DNA of 64,000 bases, from contig CAWDRG010000010.1 of the NCBI GenBank assembly GCA_963804645.1, positions 96,001-160,000 on the forward strand. Reading direction: 5' to 3'. This document shows positions 1 through 9,443 of the stretch, in pieces. Source of the DNA: an uncultured Bacillota bacterium. GTDB taxonomy: Bacteria; Sysuimicrobiota; Sysuimicrobiia; Sysuimicrobiales; Segetimicrobiaceae. Under the pieces are notes generated by a model. It ran no database searches and was not told the DNA's origin. It worked only from the letters and a program-made list of their open reading frames with translations. Both the position numbers and the translations under genes were made by a program. Position 1 is the stretch's first letter. Each line of letters begins with the position of its first letter.

Positions 1-387
1 GCCGCGTTCGTCGCGTCGGCGCTGCCCGCCGGCGGCGGGTTCCAGGCGGTGATCGCGTTCTATCCGGCGTGCACGCTCCTGCCGCGGCGCGGCTTCTCCG
101 CGCCGACGCTGATCCTCATCGGGAGCGACGACGACTGGTCTCCGCCGCAGTCCTGCGAGGCGGGCGTGCCGCCGCTGCAGGCCGCGGGCGCGCCGCTCGA
201 GTGGCACCTCTACCCGAACGCGACGCACGCCTTCGACACGCCGGGAAGCAGCCGGGTGCTGCACATCTCGGGACGGAGCTTCACGCTGCGCTACGACGCG
301 CAGGCCGCGGCGGACGCGCACACGCGCGTCGCCGCGTTTCTCGCACAGCACCTCGCCGCCCCGCGGCCTAGGCGAAGCGCGCCGTGA
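1..387 (+). CDS. Dienelactone hydrolase-family alpha/beta hydrolase, C-terminal part (5' truncated by window)
   Basis: Frame open from base 1; motifs IAFYPAC, LILIGSDDDW (Asp), YPNATHAFD (His), AAADAHTRVAAFL. Confidence 0.85.
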   Translation, partial: AAFVASALPAGGGFQAVIAFYPACTLLPRRGFSAPTLILIGSDDDWSPPQSCEAGVPPLQAAGAPLEWHLYPNATHAFDTPGSSRVLHISGRSFTLRYDAQAAADAHTRVAAFLAQHLAAPRPRRSAP

Positions 388-1933
388 TGTAATCGGCCGC
401 GCGAATCGCGAGCGCGACCATCGTCAGCGTCGGGTTGACGGCCCCCGGCCCCACGAACGCGCTCCCGCCCAGGACGAACAGGTTGGGGACGCCGTGCACG
501 GCGCCCTGCGCGTCCACGACGCTGTCGCGCGGGCCGAGGCCCATGCGGCACGTCCCCATGTGGTGGGCGCCGGAATACACGCTCTCGATCGGCTCCAGAT
601 CCGCCCCGACGGCGTGCGTGGCGGCGGCGACGCGGTCGAACAGGCCGGCCCCGAACCGGTACGTCTCGCGATCGAACGCGCTCAGTGCATACTCCACGTG
701 CGCGTACGGATCCCCGAAGCGGTCGCGGGCCCGGGACAGCGTGACGGCGCTCGCGGGGGCCGGGGCGGCCTCCGAGTGGAGCGTCAGCATCCGCTGCGCG
801 CGCGCCGGCCGGAGAATCTCGAGGATCTCGCCGCCCGTCGCCGCTCCCTCGAGCGGCCGCTCCGGCGGGGGCACGATGTTTGAGGAGAACTCGATCTTGA
901 CGCCCCCGTGTCGGCCGCGGCCGGGCGGATCGAGGAACTGTTCGCTCTGCCCCGTGAACCGGCCGATCTCGCCCGGAAGGAACTCCTCGCCGTACGTGAG
1001 GCGCCCCGTCCAGAGATGGTGGAACGTGAGGTGCCTGCCGACGTGCTCGCTGAGCGGCACGCCGTCCGCCGCCCGCGCGCGCGAGGAGAGCAGCAGCAGG
1101 CGCGCGTTCTCGATCGTCCCGCCCGCCACGACGATCACCTGGGCCGGATGCTCGATCTCCGCGCCGCCGTCGTTCGGCCGGACGACGAGCGCGCGGGCGC
1201 GCCCGGTCCGGTCCGCGACGATGCGCCGGACGGACGTGTCGGGGTGCAGCGTGCACGCGCCGTCCGCCACGGTCCGCAGCAGGTGATAGTGTGGCGAGTA
1301 GCGGGCGCCGATCGGACAGACGTCGCAGGCGCCGAAGTTCTCGCAGGCCGGGCGGTCGCCGTACGGACCCCGCGTCGCCGCCTGCGGCGTGGTGTGGAGC
1401 GTGATCCCGCGGGCCGCCAGCCTGGCGGCGAGGCGCCGGTCGCCGTAGCTCAGCGCGAACGGCGGCAGCGGGTATGGACGGGACCGGCGCGCCGCGAAGG
1501 GATTGTCGGCGTCGGTCCCCGACACGCCGAGCAGCGCCTCCGCCCGGCAGTAGTACGGCTCCAGCTCATCGTAACCGAACGGCCAGTCCGCGCCGAACCC
1601 GTACCGGGTGCGCGTGCGGAAGTCGTTCGGGCGGAGCCTCGGGGTGATGGCGCCCCAGTGCGTCGCCGAGCCCCCCACGATCATGTGCCGCTCGCCGTTG
1701 AGATCGCGATGATACCCGCCGGAGAGCGTCAGCCCCTGCAGATCGGCCGGCGCGTCGTACGCGGGGTTGTCGTACCCGTGCAGGAACCGATCCTGAAACT
1801 GCGGCGCGTGCGGGTACGGATAGGGGCCGCCCTTTTCGAACACGTCGACGCGGTACCCGCGGGCCGCCAGGAAATGCGCCACGGCGGTCCCCACGATCCC
1901 CGACCCAACGATCGCGACACGCGTCTGCGGCAT
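368..1933 (-). CDS. GMC-family FAD oxidoreductase (sugar/alcohol dehydrogenase large subunit)
   Basis: ATG at 1933; N-terminal VAIVGSGIVG, VGGSATHWG, Cys cluster CENFGACDVCPIG, HHMGTCRMG, NPTLT. Confidence 0.9.
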   Translation of the reverse strand: MPQTRVAIVGSGIVGTAVAHFLAARGYRVDVFEKGGPYPYPHAPQFQDRFLHGYDNPAYDAPADLQGLTLSGGYHRDLNGERHMIVGGSATHWGAITPRLRPNDFRTRTRYGFGADWPFGYDELEPYYCRAEALLGVSGTDADNPFAARRSRPYPLPPFALSYGDRRLAARLAARGITLHTTPQAATRGPYGDRPACENFGACDVCPIGARYSPHYHLLRTVADGACTLHPDTSVRRIVADRTGRARALVVRPNDGGAEIEHPAQVIVVAGGTIENARLLLLSSRARAADGVPLSEHVGRHLTFHHLWTGRLTYGEEFLPGEIGRFTGQSEQFLDPPGRGRHGGVKIEFSSNIVPPPERPLEGAATGGEILEILRPARAQRMLTLHSEAAPAPASAVTLSRARDRFGDPYAHVEYALSAFDRETYRFGAGLFDRVAAATHAVGADLEPIESVYSGAHHMGTCRMGLGPRDSVVDAQGAVHGVPNLFVLGGSAFVGPGAVNPTLTMVALAIRAADYITARFA

Positions 1934-1968
1934 GCTGTCGTCTCGTGCGCGCCGAAGCGGGACGCGCG

Positions 1969-2553
1969 CTACGCGGGCGTCCGCCGGTACCGGTCGAGCC
2001 CGCGCGGCTCTCCCGGCCAGCCGCGATAGCCGAGCGCGGTCCACGCGTCGGTACGGGCAAACAGCGCCAGCGCCTCGTCGAGGATGTACCGACGATACGA
2101 CGGCCAGGGACTGCCGCTGAGCGCCGTCCGCACCCCGTCCCAGACGTCCTCGGATCCAGGCGTGCGACCCGCGGGGACGAGCACGGCCCGCCTGACGGAT
2201 GCCGGGCTGTCGGCAAATTCCCGCCCGCCCGCCGCGCGGGCGCCGCGGTCCACGTCGCGCACGAATGCCTCGTACAGCGCGTGATATCCGCGGAGATGCG
2301 CGGCGCGCCAGCGGTAGTACTCGAGGTAGTGCGCGGGATCGATCGGCACGCCGATCACCGTCTCCGACGCCGCCACCAGGGCCGCCGCGGCGGCGGCGGA
2401 GAGCGGCGCGGGCTCGGCGTCGGCGAGCGCCGGGTTGGCGCGCGCGCGCCCGAGTCCCGTGGAACCGCCGATGCGCCACGCGCCCCACGATGCCGCGGCC
2501 CCGGCGGCCGCGAGGACCATCCAGAGAAGCCGCCGTCGCGACCACCGCATCAT
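1969..2553 (-). CDS. Tat-signal small subunit partner of the GMC dehydrogenase (gluconate dehydrogenase subunit 3-like)
   Basis: MMRWSRRRLLW plus hydrophobic stretch; C-terminal AWTALGYRGWPG; directly upstream of and co-oriented with the GMC gene. Confidence 0.6.
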   Translation of the reverse strand: MMRWSRRRLLWMVLAAAGAAASWGAWRIGGSTGLGRARANPALADAEPAPLSAAAAAALVAASETVIGVPIDPAHYLEYYRWRAAHLRGYHALYEAFVRDVDRGARAAGGREFADSPASVRRAVLVPAGRTPGSEDVWDGVRTALSGSPWPSYRRYILDEALALFARTDAWTALGYRGWPGEPRGLDRYRRTPA

Positions 2554-2602
2554 CCGCCTCCGGTGCCCGATGTCCCGTCCCACGCGCCGCCGCACCACGG
2601 GC

Positions 2603-2611
2603 ATCGTACCA
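2603..2611 (-). promoter_or_regulatory. Extended -10 element (TGgTACGAT) for the GMC operon
   Basis: Minus-strand TGGTACGAT about 50 nt upstream of the ATG at 2553. Confidence 0.45.
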
Positions 2612-2648
2612 CGCGGAGGCGGCGCGCTGAGATGCGCGGGCGCCGCGG

Positions 2649-2678
2649 TTGACGCTGTTTGCGCCTCGTGGGTATAAT
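2649..2678 (+). promoter_or_regulatory. Sigma70-type promoter for mntR-mntH
   Basis: TTGACG (2649-2654), 18-nt spacer, TATAAT (2673-2678). Confidence 0.75.
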
Positions 2679-2689
2679 CGGATGCACCC

Positions 2690-2709
2690 GTTTTAGTCTC
2701 TACTAAAAC
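2690..2709. promoter_or_regulatory. DtxR/MntR-family operator palindrome
   Basis: Perfect 8-4-8 inverted repeat GTTTTAGT-CTCT-ACTAAAAC; AT-rich, between the -10 and the start of a DtxR-family gene. Confidence 0.75.
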
Positions 2710-2734
2710 AACTTTGTGCCTTGGAAGGCGTGGA

Positions 2735-3406
2735 ATGTCGGTCGTCACCGGCGTGATGCAAGATTATCTCAAGACGATCTACAAGCTGCAGCGGGACCGC
2801 GGCGCCGTGTCGACGTCGGAGGTCGCCGACCGCCTGCACGTGTCCCCGGCGTCGGCGACGAACATGATCAAGCGCCTCGCCCGGCTGCGGCTCGTCTCGT
2901 ACACGCGCTACCACGGGTTCGTGCTCGCCCCCGCGGGACAGCGCATCGCGCTCGAAACGATCCGCCACCACCGGCTGCTCGAGCTGTATTTGGCGGAGCA
3001 TCTGGGCGTCGGCCTGGACAAGGTCGACAGCGAGGCGGAACGGTTGGAGCACGTCCTGTCCGAGGACGTCGAGGCCCGGATTGCGACCACGCTCGGCAAC
3101 CCGACGCGGGACCCGCACGGCGATCCGATTCCGGCGGCGGACGGCACGATCCGCGACGTGCGGTATCCCAGCCTCGACACGCTCTCTCCGGGAGACAGCG
3201 CCCGCGTGGCGCGCGTGAGCGACCGCAGCCAGGCGCTGCTGCGGCGCCTGACCGCGCTCGGCCTGCGGCCGGGGGTGACGTTGAAGATGGTCGCGCGCCG
3301 CCCGAGCGGCTGCCGGATCGAGATCGCGGGACGCGAGGTCCGCGTGCCGCGCAGCCTGTGCGAAGGAGTGTTCATCGAGTGGACCGGCGTCCCGACCCCG
3401 TCTTGA
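2735..3406 (+). CDS. mntR: DtxR/MntR-family metal-dependent repressor with C-terminal FeoA/SH3-like domain
   Basis: MQDYLKTIYKL, VSPASATNMIKRL, RHHRLLELYL, EAERLEH, DPHGDPIP; coupled to an Nramp gene. Confidence 0.9.
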   Translation: MSVVTGVMQDYLKTIYKLQRDRGAVSTSEVADRLHVSPASATNMIKRLARLRLVSYTRYHGFVLAPAGQRIALETIRHHRLLELYLAEHLGVGLDKVDSEAERLEHVLSEDVEARIATTLGNPTRDPHGDPIPAADGTIRDVRYPSLDTLSPGDSARVARVSDRSQALLRRLTALGLRPGVTLKMVARRPSGCRIEIAGREVRVPRSLCEGVFIEWTGVPTPS

Positions 3407-4692
3407 CGGAGCCCCTCCCCGGCGATGTCCGCACCGTCTCGGCGGCCCAGGATGTGCTCACCGGACGCAGCACGCGCCGCGGGCTGCTGCGGCTCCTGCC
3501 GTTTCTCGGGCCGGCGTTCATCGCGTCCGTCGCGTATATCGACCCCGGGAACTTCGCCACCAACATCCAGGGGGGCGCCCAGTTCGGCTACCGGCTCGTC
3601 TGGGTCGTCCTGGCCAGCAACCTCGTGGCCATGGTCGTGCAGACGCTCTCCGCGAAGCTCGGCATCGCCACCGGCCGCAACCTCGCCGAGATGTGCCGCG
3701 AGGAGTTCACCATGCCGGTCGTCTGGGGCATGTGGGGGCTGTCCGAGGTCGTCGCCATGGCGACGGACCTGGCCGAGTTCGTCGGGGCCGCGATCGGATT
3801 CAACCTGCTGCTGGGGATTCCGCTGCTGTGGGCGGCCCTGCTGACCGGCGTGACAACGATGATCATCCTCGCGCTCGAGCGGCGCGGCTTCCGCCCGCTG
3901 GAAGCGGTGATCACCGCCCTCGTGGGCGTCATCGCGGTATCGTACCTGCTCGAAACCATCCTGGACCGCCCCGACTGGCACGCGATCGGCCAGTCGGTGG
4001 CCCATCCGGTGCTGGGGGCCAGCGACTCGGTGCTGCTCGCCGTCGGCATCCTCGGAGCGACGGTCATGCCCCACGTCGTCTTCCTCCATTCCGCGCTGAC
4101 GCAGCGCCGCGTGACGACCGAGACGGACGCGCAGGCGCGCCAGCTGTTCAAGTTCGAGGTCTTCGACGTGGTGATCGCGATGACGCTCGCCGGCCTCGTG
4201 AACGCGGCGATGCTGGTGATGGCCGCGGCGACGTTCTGGGCGCACGGGCTGACGAAGATCGCCACGATCGAGGAATCCTATCGGACCCTCGCCCCCCTCT
4301 TAGGACACGCCAGCAGCTTCGTGTTCGCCATCTCCCTGCTCGCGTCCGGCCTCTCCTCCTCCGCGGTCGGCACGATGGCCGGCCAGATCATCATGCAGGG
4401 CTTTATCCGCCGGCAGATCTCGATCTGGGTGCGGCGCCTGGTCACGATGATCCCCGCGGTCGTCGTCATCGCGATCGGTCTGGACCCGACGCGCACCCTC
4501 GTCATCAGCCAGGTCATCCTGAGCTTCGGGCTCCCGTTCGCGCTCATCCCGCTGGTGATCTTCACGCAACGCCGGCGGCTGATGGGCACGCTCACGAATG
4601 CGAGGCCGACCACCGTGGTGGCGTGGCTGGTCGTGGGCATGATCGTCGCGCTCAACATCTACCTCCTCTACACGACCTTCACCGGGGGATAG
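3403..4692 (+). CDS. mntH: Nramp-family Mn2+/Fe2+ transporter
   Basis: AYIDPGNFATN and GATVMPH signatures; TTG start overlaps the mntR stop (TTGA). Confidence 0.93.
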   Translation: MTEPLPGDVRTVSAAQDVLTGRSTRRGLLRLLPFLGPAFIASVAYIDPGNFATNIQGGAQFGYRLVWVVLASNLVAMVVQTLSAKLGIATGRNLAEMCREEFTMPVVWGMWGLSEVVAMATDLAEFVGAAIGFNLLLGIPLLWAALLTGVTTMIILALERRGFRPLEAVITALVGVIAVSYLLETILDRPDWHAIGQSVAHPVLGASDSVLLAVGILGATVMPHVVFLHSALTQRRVTTETDAQARQLFKFEVFDVVIAMTLAGLVNAAMLVMAAATFWAHGLTKIATIEESYRTLAPLLGHASSFVFAISLLASGLSSSAVGTMAGQIIMQGFIRRQISIWVRRLVTMIPAVVVIAIGLDPTRTLVISQVILSFGLPFALIPLVIFTQRRRLMGTLTNARPTTVVAWLVVGMIVALNIYLLYTTFTGG

Positions 4693-4990
4693 CGCCGGCG
4701 CCCGCCGGGGCGCGGGGCCGCTGCGTGCGGCCGCCCCCGGGGCGTGCCCGGCTCCACGCCGTCGCACGCGCGGCGCCTCCTCGACGGCGTCCCGGCGGTG
4801 GAAGGATTGCGGTCATCGCGAAGACAATGGATGTAGCAGTGTCCGAACATCCCACCCTTCCGTGCCGAAGGGCGCGCGTACAGGAGCGCGTCTGTTCACC
4901 GCGTACGTCATGCGCGATGCCGTCCGGCATGACCGATCGCCGGCCGAGTCCGCTGCGCGCACCGGGCGCCGCGCCGGCGGAGCGGCCGCG

Positions 4991-6049
4991 ATGAGCCGCG
5001 CGCCGGTGCTGGCGGCGCTCGACCGGCTGCCCCGGTTCGCGCTCGCGGCGCTGCCGACGCCCCTTGAGCGCGCGGCCAACCTCTCGCGCGCGCTCGGCGT
5101 CGAGCTCTGGATCAAGCGCGACGACCTCACGGGCCTGGCCCTCGGCGGCAACAAAGTCCGCAAACTCGAGTACCTCGTCGGGGACGCGCTCGCCCACGGC
5201 GCAACGTCGCTCCTGACCACGGCCGCGGCCCAGTCGAACTTCTGCCGCGTGACCGCCGCGGCGGGCGCGCGCGCCGGCCTCCGCGTCCACCTGCTCCTGC
5301 GCGGCACCGGCGCCGAGCCCGTCCAGGGCAACCTGCTCCTCGACCACCTCCTGGGGGCGGACATCCGGTTCACCGACGACATGGATCCCTACTCCGAGGG
5401 GACGAAGCGCCGCCTCGAGACGTGGGCCGACGAGGACCGTGCCGGGGGCGGCGTGCCGTACATCCTGTACATCCACGGCGGCTCGCACGTCGGCGCGCTC
5501 GCGACCGCGGCCTACGTCCAGGCCGCGGTCGAGCTGGACGGGCAGTGCCGCGCCGCCGGGATCCGCCCCGACCATCTCTACGTCGCGGTGGGATCCGGCA
5601 GCACGCTCGCGGGCCTGCTCGTGGGGGCGCGCGGCCCTGCCGAGGGGCTCGCGCGGACGCGGATCCGCGGGGTCTGCGTCAGCGCGCTCTCGAACGTCGT
5701 GGGCGAGAAAGTCCGCGAGTTTGCCGAGACCGCCGCGGCGCTGCTGGGGGCCGCGGTGCCGGCAGAGGCGCCGGACCTCGACGACGGCGAGCGCGGCCCG
5801 GGGTACGGCGTCCCCACCCCCGCCGCGCTGGAGGCGATTCACACGGCGGCCGCACGAGAAGCGCTCGTCCTGAACCCGGTGTACACCGGCAAGACGTTCG
5901 CGGGGTTGCTCCACGACATCGCGCGCGGCGTGGTCGCGAGGGGCAGCACCGTGATCTTCATGAACACCGGCGGCGATCCGCTGATCTTCGCGCACGCGGA
6001 GCGCCTCGCGGCGGAGCCCGCCGGCGCCGCACAGACTGCGAGGGGGTGA
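4991..6049 (+). CDS. PLP-dependent D-cysteine desulfhydrase/ACC-deaminase-family enzyme (not ACC deaminase type)
   Basis: IKRDDLTGLALGGNKVRKLEY, QSN, GSGSTLAG, NPVYTGK, NTGG. Confidence 0.85.
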   Translation: MSRAPVLAALDRLPRFALAALPTPLERAANLSRALGVELWIKRDDLTGLALGGNKVRKLEYLVGDALAHGATSLLTTAAAQSNFCRVTAAAGARAGLRVHLLLRGTGAEPVQGNLLLDHLLGADIRFTDDMDPYSEGTKRRLETWADEDRAGGGVPYILYIHGGSHVGALATAAYVQAAVELDGQCRAAGIRPDHLYVAVGSGSTLAGLLVGARGPAEGLARTRIRGVCVSALSNVVGEKVREFAETAAALLGAAVPAEAPDLDDGERGPGYGVPTPAALEAIHTAAAREALVLNPVYTGKTFAGLLHDIARGVVARGSTVIFMNTGGDPLIFAHAERLAAEPAGAAQTARG

Positions 6050-6053
6050 GGGA

Positions 6054-7607
6054 ATGACGGAAGACACGAGGACCGCACGAGGACGGCTGACCCGCCGGCA
6101 GGTGCTCGGGGGCGCGCTCGCGACCGCAGGCGCCGCGGCCGGGGGAGTCCTGCTGGGGGCGCCGGAGGCGCGCGCGGCCGCCGCCGCACCCGCCGGGGAG
6201 CTGCACGTGTCGCTGCCCGCGGAGATCGTGTCGCTCGACCCCATGGGAGCGTCGGCGGCGGAGGAGTCGGTCCGGATCGTCGCCGCACACATCTTCGACA
6301 CCCTCGTGGTGCGCAATACGCGGACGCGGGGATTCACGCCGGGGCTCGCGACGAAGTGGGAGACACCTGATCCCAATACGTGGGTGTTCACTCTGCGGTC
6401 CGGCGTCAAGTTCCACGACGGGACGCCGCTGACGTCGCGGGACGTGAAGGCGTCGGTCGATCGCATGATCGCGCAGCCGGGGCCGCTCGCGCCGCTGTGG
6501 ACCGCGGTCGCCGGCACCGACGCCCCGAGCGACACCACCGTGCGGATCCGCACCAAGACACCGCTCGGGACGATGCCGGCGAACCTCTCGCTCACGTCGA
6601 TCCTCCCGGCGGACAAGATGAACACGGCCGGGTTCTTCAACAAGCCGATCGGGTCCGGCCCGTTCAGCGTCAGTGCATACCGGCCCCAGGGCGATCTGGT
6701 GCTGGCGGCCAACACCGCGTACTGGGGAACGCCGCCGGGGGTCAAAACGCTGACGTTCCGGGACATTCCGGAAGTCGCATCCCGCGTCACGGCGCTCATC
6801 AACGGTGAGATCGATCTGACCTACGCCCTGCCGCCGGACCAGATCGCGTCGCTTCAGAGCAACAACACGCTCCGGATCCAGAGCACGCCGTCGTACCGCT
6901 ACTACTTCATCTGGATGAACATCAAGCGCGAACCGTTCACGGACGTGCGCGTCCGGCAGGCGCTGACCTACGCCGTCGACGTGCCGACGATCTTGAACAC
7001 GCTGCTCAAGGGCTCCGCGCAGCGGATGACCGCGCCGATCCCGTCCACCGTCTTCGGCTACGCGCCGCAGCGGCCGTACGCCTACGACCCCGCGAAGGCC
7101 AAGCAGCTGCTCGCCGCGGCCGGACACCCGAACGGGTTCGACGCGACGATGATCTGGAACCCGGACTCCGGCCCGCAGGACCGCGAGATCGCGCAGGCGC
7201 TCTTCTCATACTGGAACGCGGTGGGCGCGCGGATCAAGGACGGCCAAGCGGAACGGGCGCAGTGGCTCGACAAGCTGCTCAAACTCGACTGGGACATGGA
7301 CTTCCAGACGAACATCGTCGTGACCGGCGACGCCGACTTCGTCCTCCGGCGCCTGTACACGACCTCGGCCAACCGCATGGGCTATTCGAACCCCACGGTG
7401 GACCACGTGCTCGACCTGGCGGCGCAGTCGGCCGACCAGGACAAGCGGAAAGTGTACTACGGGCAGGTGTGCGAGATCATCTGGGACGACTCGGTCGGAC
7501 TGTATCCGTTCGAGCTGACCGCCACGTACGTCTCGCGCAAGGCCGTCCAGGGGTTTGTCCCGACGCCGTCCTCGCCGGTGTTCACGGCGGTGACCGTGCA
7601 GCGCTGA
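6054..7607 (+). CDS. ABC transporter substrate-binding protein, family 5 (peptide/nickel), Tat signal
   Basis: LTRRQVL twin-Arg motif; LRSGVKFHDGTPLTSRDVKAS; PIGSGPF; DVRVRQAL. Confidence 0.92.
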   Translation: MTEDTRTARGRLTRRQVLGGALATAGAAAGGVLLGAPEARAAAAAPAGELHVSLPAEIVSLDPMGASAAEESVRIVAAHIFDTLVVRNTRTRGFTPGLATKWETPDPNTWVFTLRSGVKFHDGTPLTSRDVKASVDRMIAQPGPLAPLWTAVAGTDAPSDTTVRIRTKTPLGTMPANLSLTSILPADKMNTAGFFNKPIGSGPFSVSAYRPQGDLVLAANTAYWGTPPGVKTLTFRDIPEVASRVTALINGEIDLTYALPPDQIASLQSNNTLRIQSTPSYRYYFIWMNIKREPFTDVRVRQALTYAVDVPTILNTLLKGSAQRMTAPIPSTVFGYAPQRPYAYDPAKAKQLLAAAGHPNGFDATMIWNPDSGPQDREIAQALFSYWNAVGARIKDGQAERAQWLDKLLKLDWDMDFQTNIVVTGDADFVLRRLYTTSANRMGYSNPTVDHVLDLAAQSADQDKRKVYYGQVCEIIWDDSVGLYPFELTATYVSRKAVQGFVPTPSSPVFTAVTVQR

Positions 7608-7622
7608 CGGGTCCCGGCCACC

Positions 7623-8543
7623 GTGGCACGGCACATCGCCAGGCGCCTCCTCTACTCGATCTTCGTCCTGTGGGGCGCGCTGACGATCGTGTTCGTGGCC
7701 GTGCGGGTGATCCCGGGGGACCCCGCGCAGATGATGATCGGCAGCTCGGGCACCCAGGCGGACGTGGCGCGGCTGCGTCACCGCCTCGGTCTGGACGCCC
7801 CGATCGGCGTCCAGTACGTGCGGTACCTCGCCGGCGCCGTCCGGCTTGATTTCGGTCAGTCGCTCGTCCTCGAGGAGCCGGCCGTGCAGGCCGTGAACGA
7901 GCGCCTCCCGGCGACCGGCCTGCTCGCGGCGACCGCGATGGCCCTCGGCGTGATCGTCGGGCTGCCGCTCGGGGTCATCGCCGCCCTGCGCCCGCGCTCG
8001 GCCGCGGACTACCTCGTGTCCGTGGCCTCGCTCGCCGGTCAGTCCGTCCCGAATTTCTGGCTCGGCATCATGTTCATCTTGGTCTTCGCCCGACAACTGC
8101 GGTGGCTGCCGAGTTCAGGCATGGGCGGCCTGTCGCACCTCGTCCTGCCGGCGGTGACGCTCGCGCTGCTGCTCGTCGGCGTGCTCACCCGGCTCGTCCG
8201 CAGCGGACTCGTCGAGGTCGCCCAGGAAGATTACATCCGCTCCGCGTACGCGAAGGGACTCGCGCGGACGTCCGTGCTCCGCAAGCACGCGCTGCCGAAC
8301 GTGATGATTCCCGTCGTCACCGTCGCGGGGCTGCAGCTCGGCAACCTGCTCGCGGGCGCTGTGATCGTCGAGACGGTCTTCGCGTGGCCGGGCGCCGGGC
8401 GGCTCTTGATCCAGGCGATCGGCAACCGCGACTACCCCGTCGTGCAGGTCGCGGTGCTGTTCATCACGATCTCGTTCATTGTCGTGAACCTGCTGGTGGA
8501 CGTGAGCTACGGGCTTCTCGACCCGCGGGTGCGGTATCAATGA
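7623..8543 (+). CDS. ABC peptide/nickel permease (DppB/OppB-like)
   Basis: PGDPA, SVPNFWLG, EDYIRSAYAKGL, VETVFAWPG, RDYPVVQ, LDPRVR. Confidence 0.92.
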   Translation: MARHIARRLLYSIFVLWGALTIVFVAVRVIPGDPAQMMIGSSGTQADVARLRHRLGLDAPIGVQYVRYLAGAVRLDFGQSLVLEEPAVQAVNERLPATGLLAATAMALGVIVGLPLGVIAALRPRSAADYLVSVASLAGQSVPNFWLGIMFILVFARQLRWLPSSGMGGLSHLVLPAVTLALLLVGVLTRLVRSGLVEVAQEDYIRSAYAKGLARTSVLRKHALPNVMIPVVTVAGLQLGNLLAGAVIVETVFAWPGAGRLLIQAIGNRDYPVVQVAVLFITISFIVVNLLVDVSYGLLDPRVRYQ

Positions 8544-9430
8544 GCGCCGCCGCGCCGGCGCTGCCGGCCGTCGCGGCCCCGGAACGCGTGCGGTCGTCAC
8601 GCGTCCGGCGGCGCCTCCTCTGGTGGAGCGCCGTCCTCGCCGCGTTCGCGGTCATCGCGATCGTCGGGCCCGTCGCGGTCCCGTACGATCCGATCACGGT
8701 CCGCCTCGGCGACCGCCTCCTGCCGCCCGGCGCGCACGTCTCCGACGGCTCGCGGGCGTGGCTCGGCACCGACCAGGTGGGCAAGGACCTCGTCGCCCAA
8801 GTCCTGCAGGGCGCGCGGATCTCGCTCGTCGTCGGCGTCTCGACGGTGGTGGTTGCCGGCCTGTTCGGCCTGGCCGTCGGGGTGGTCGGCGGCTACCGTG
8901 GGGGTGCGTTCGACACGATCATGATGCGGCTCGCGGACCTTCAGCTCGCGTTTCCGTCGATCCTGCTCGCGATCCTCATCGCCGCGGTCCTCGGGCGGAG
9001 CGTCGCGAACGTGATCATCACGCTGTCGGTGACCCGCTGGGTCGTGTTCGCGCGGGTCGCACGCGCGTCGTCGCTCGTCACGCGGGAGCGCGAGTTCGTA
9101 ACGGCCGCGCTCGCCACCGGGGCCGGCACCCTGCGCCTGATCGGCCGGCACATCATGCCGTTCGCGCTCACGCCCCTGATCGTCATCGCCACCGTGGATC
9201 TCGGCCTGGTGATGCTCGCGGAGGCCTCGCTGAGCTTTCTCGGGCTCGGCACGACGCCGGCCCATCCGTCGTGGGGCCTCATCATCGCGACCGGGCGCGA
9301 TTATCTGACGACGGCATGGTGGATCTCGACGATCCCCGGCCTGGCCCTGAGCCTCGTCGTGCTCGCGGTGGGGCAGTTCGGGGATGCGGTGCGGGACGCG
9401 CTCGATCCCCGGTCGGTGACGGGCACCTAG
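8540..9430 (+). CDS. ABC peptide/nickel permease (DppC/OppC-like)
   Basis: WLGTDQVGKD, EFVTAALATGA, EASLSFLGLG, GDAVRDALDPR; ATGA overlap with the upstream gene. Confidence 0.92.
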   Translation: MSAAAPALPAVAAPERVRSSRVRRRLLWWSAVLAAFAVIAIVGPVAVPYDPITVRLGDRLLPPGAHVSDGSRAWLGTDQVGKDLVAQVLQGARISLVVGVSTVVVAGLFGLAVGVVGGYRGGAFDTIMMRLADLQLAFPSILLAILIAAVLGRSVANVIITLSVTRWVVFARVARASSLVTREREFVTAALATGAGTLRLIGRHIMPFALTPLIVIATVDLGLVMLAEASLSFLGLGTTPAHPSWGLIIATGRDYLTTAWWISTIPGLALSLVVLAVGQFGDAVRDALDPRSVTGT

Positions 9431-9443
9431 AAGGAGGCAGAAC

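Noticed and set aside
4991..6049. ACC deaminase (acdS)
   Set aside because: The diagnostic Glu and Leu positions are both Thr
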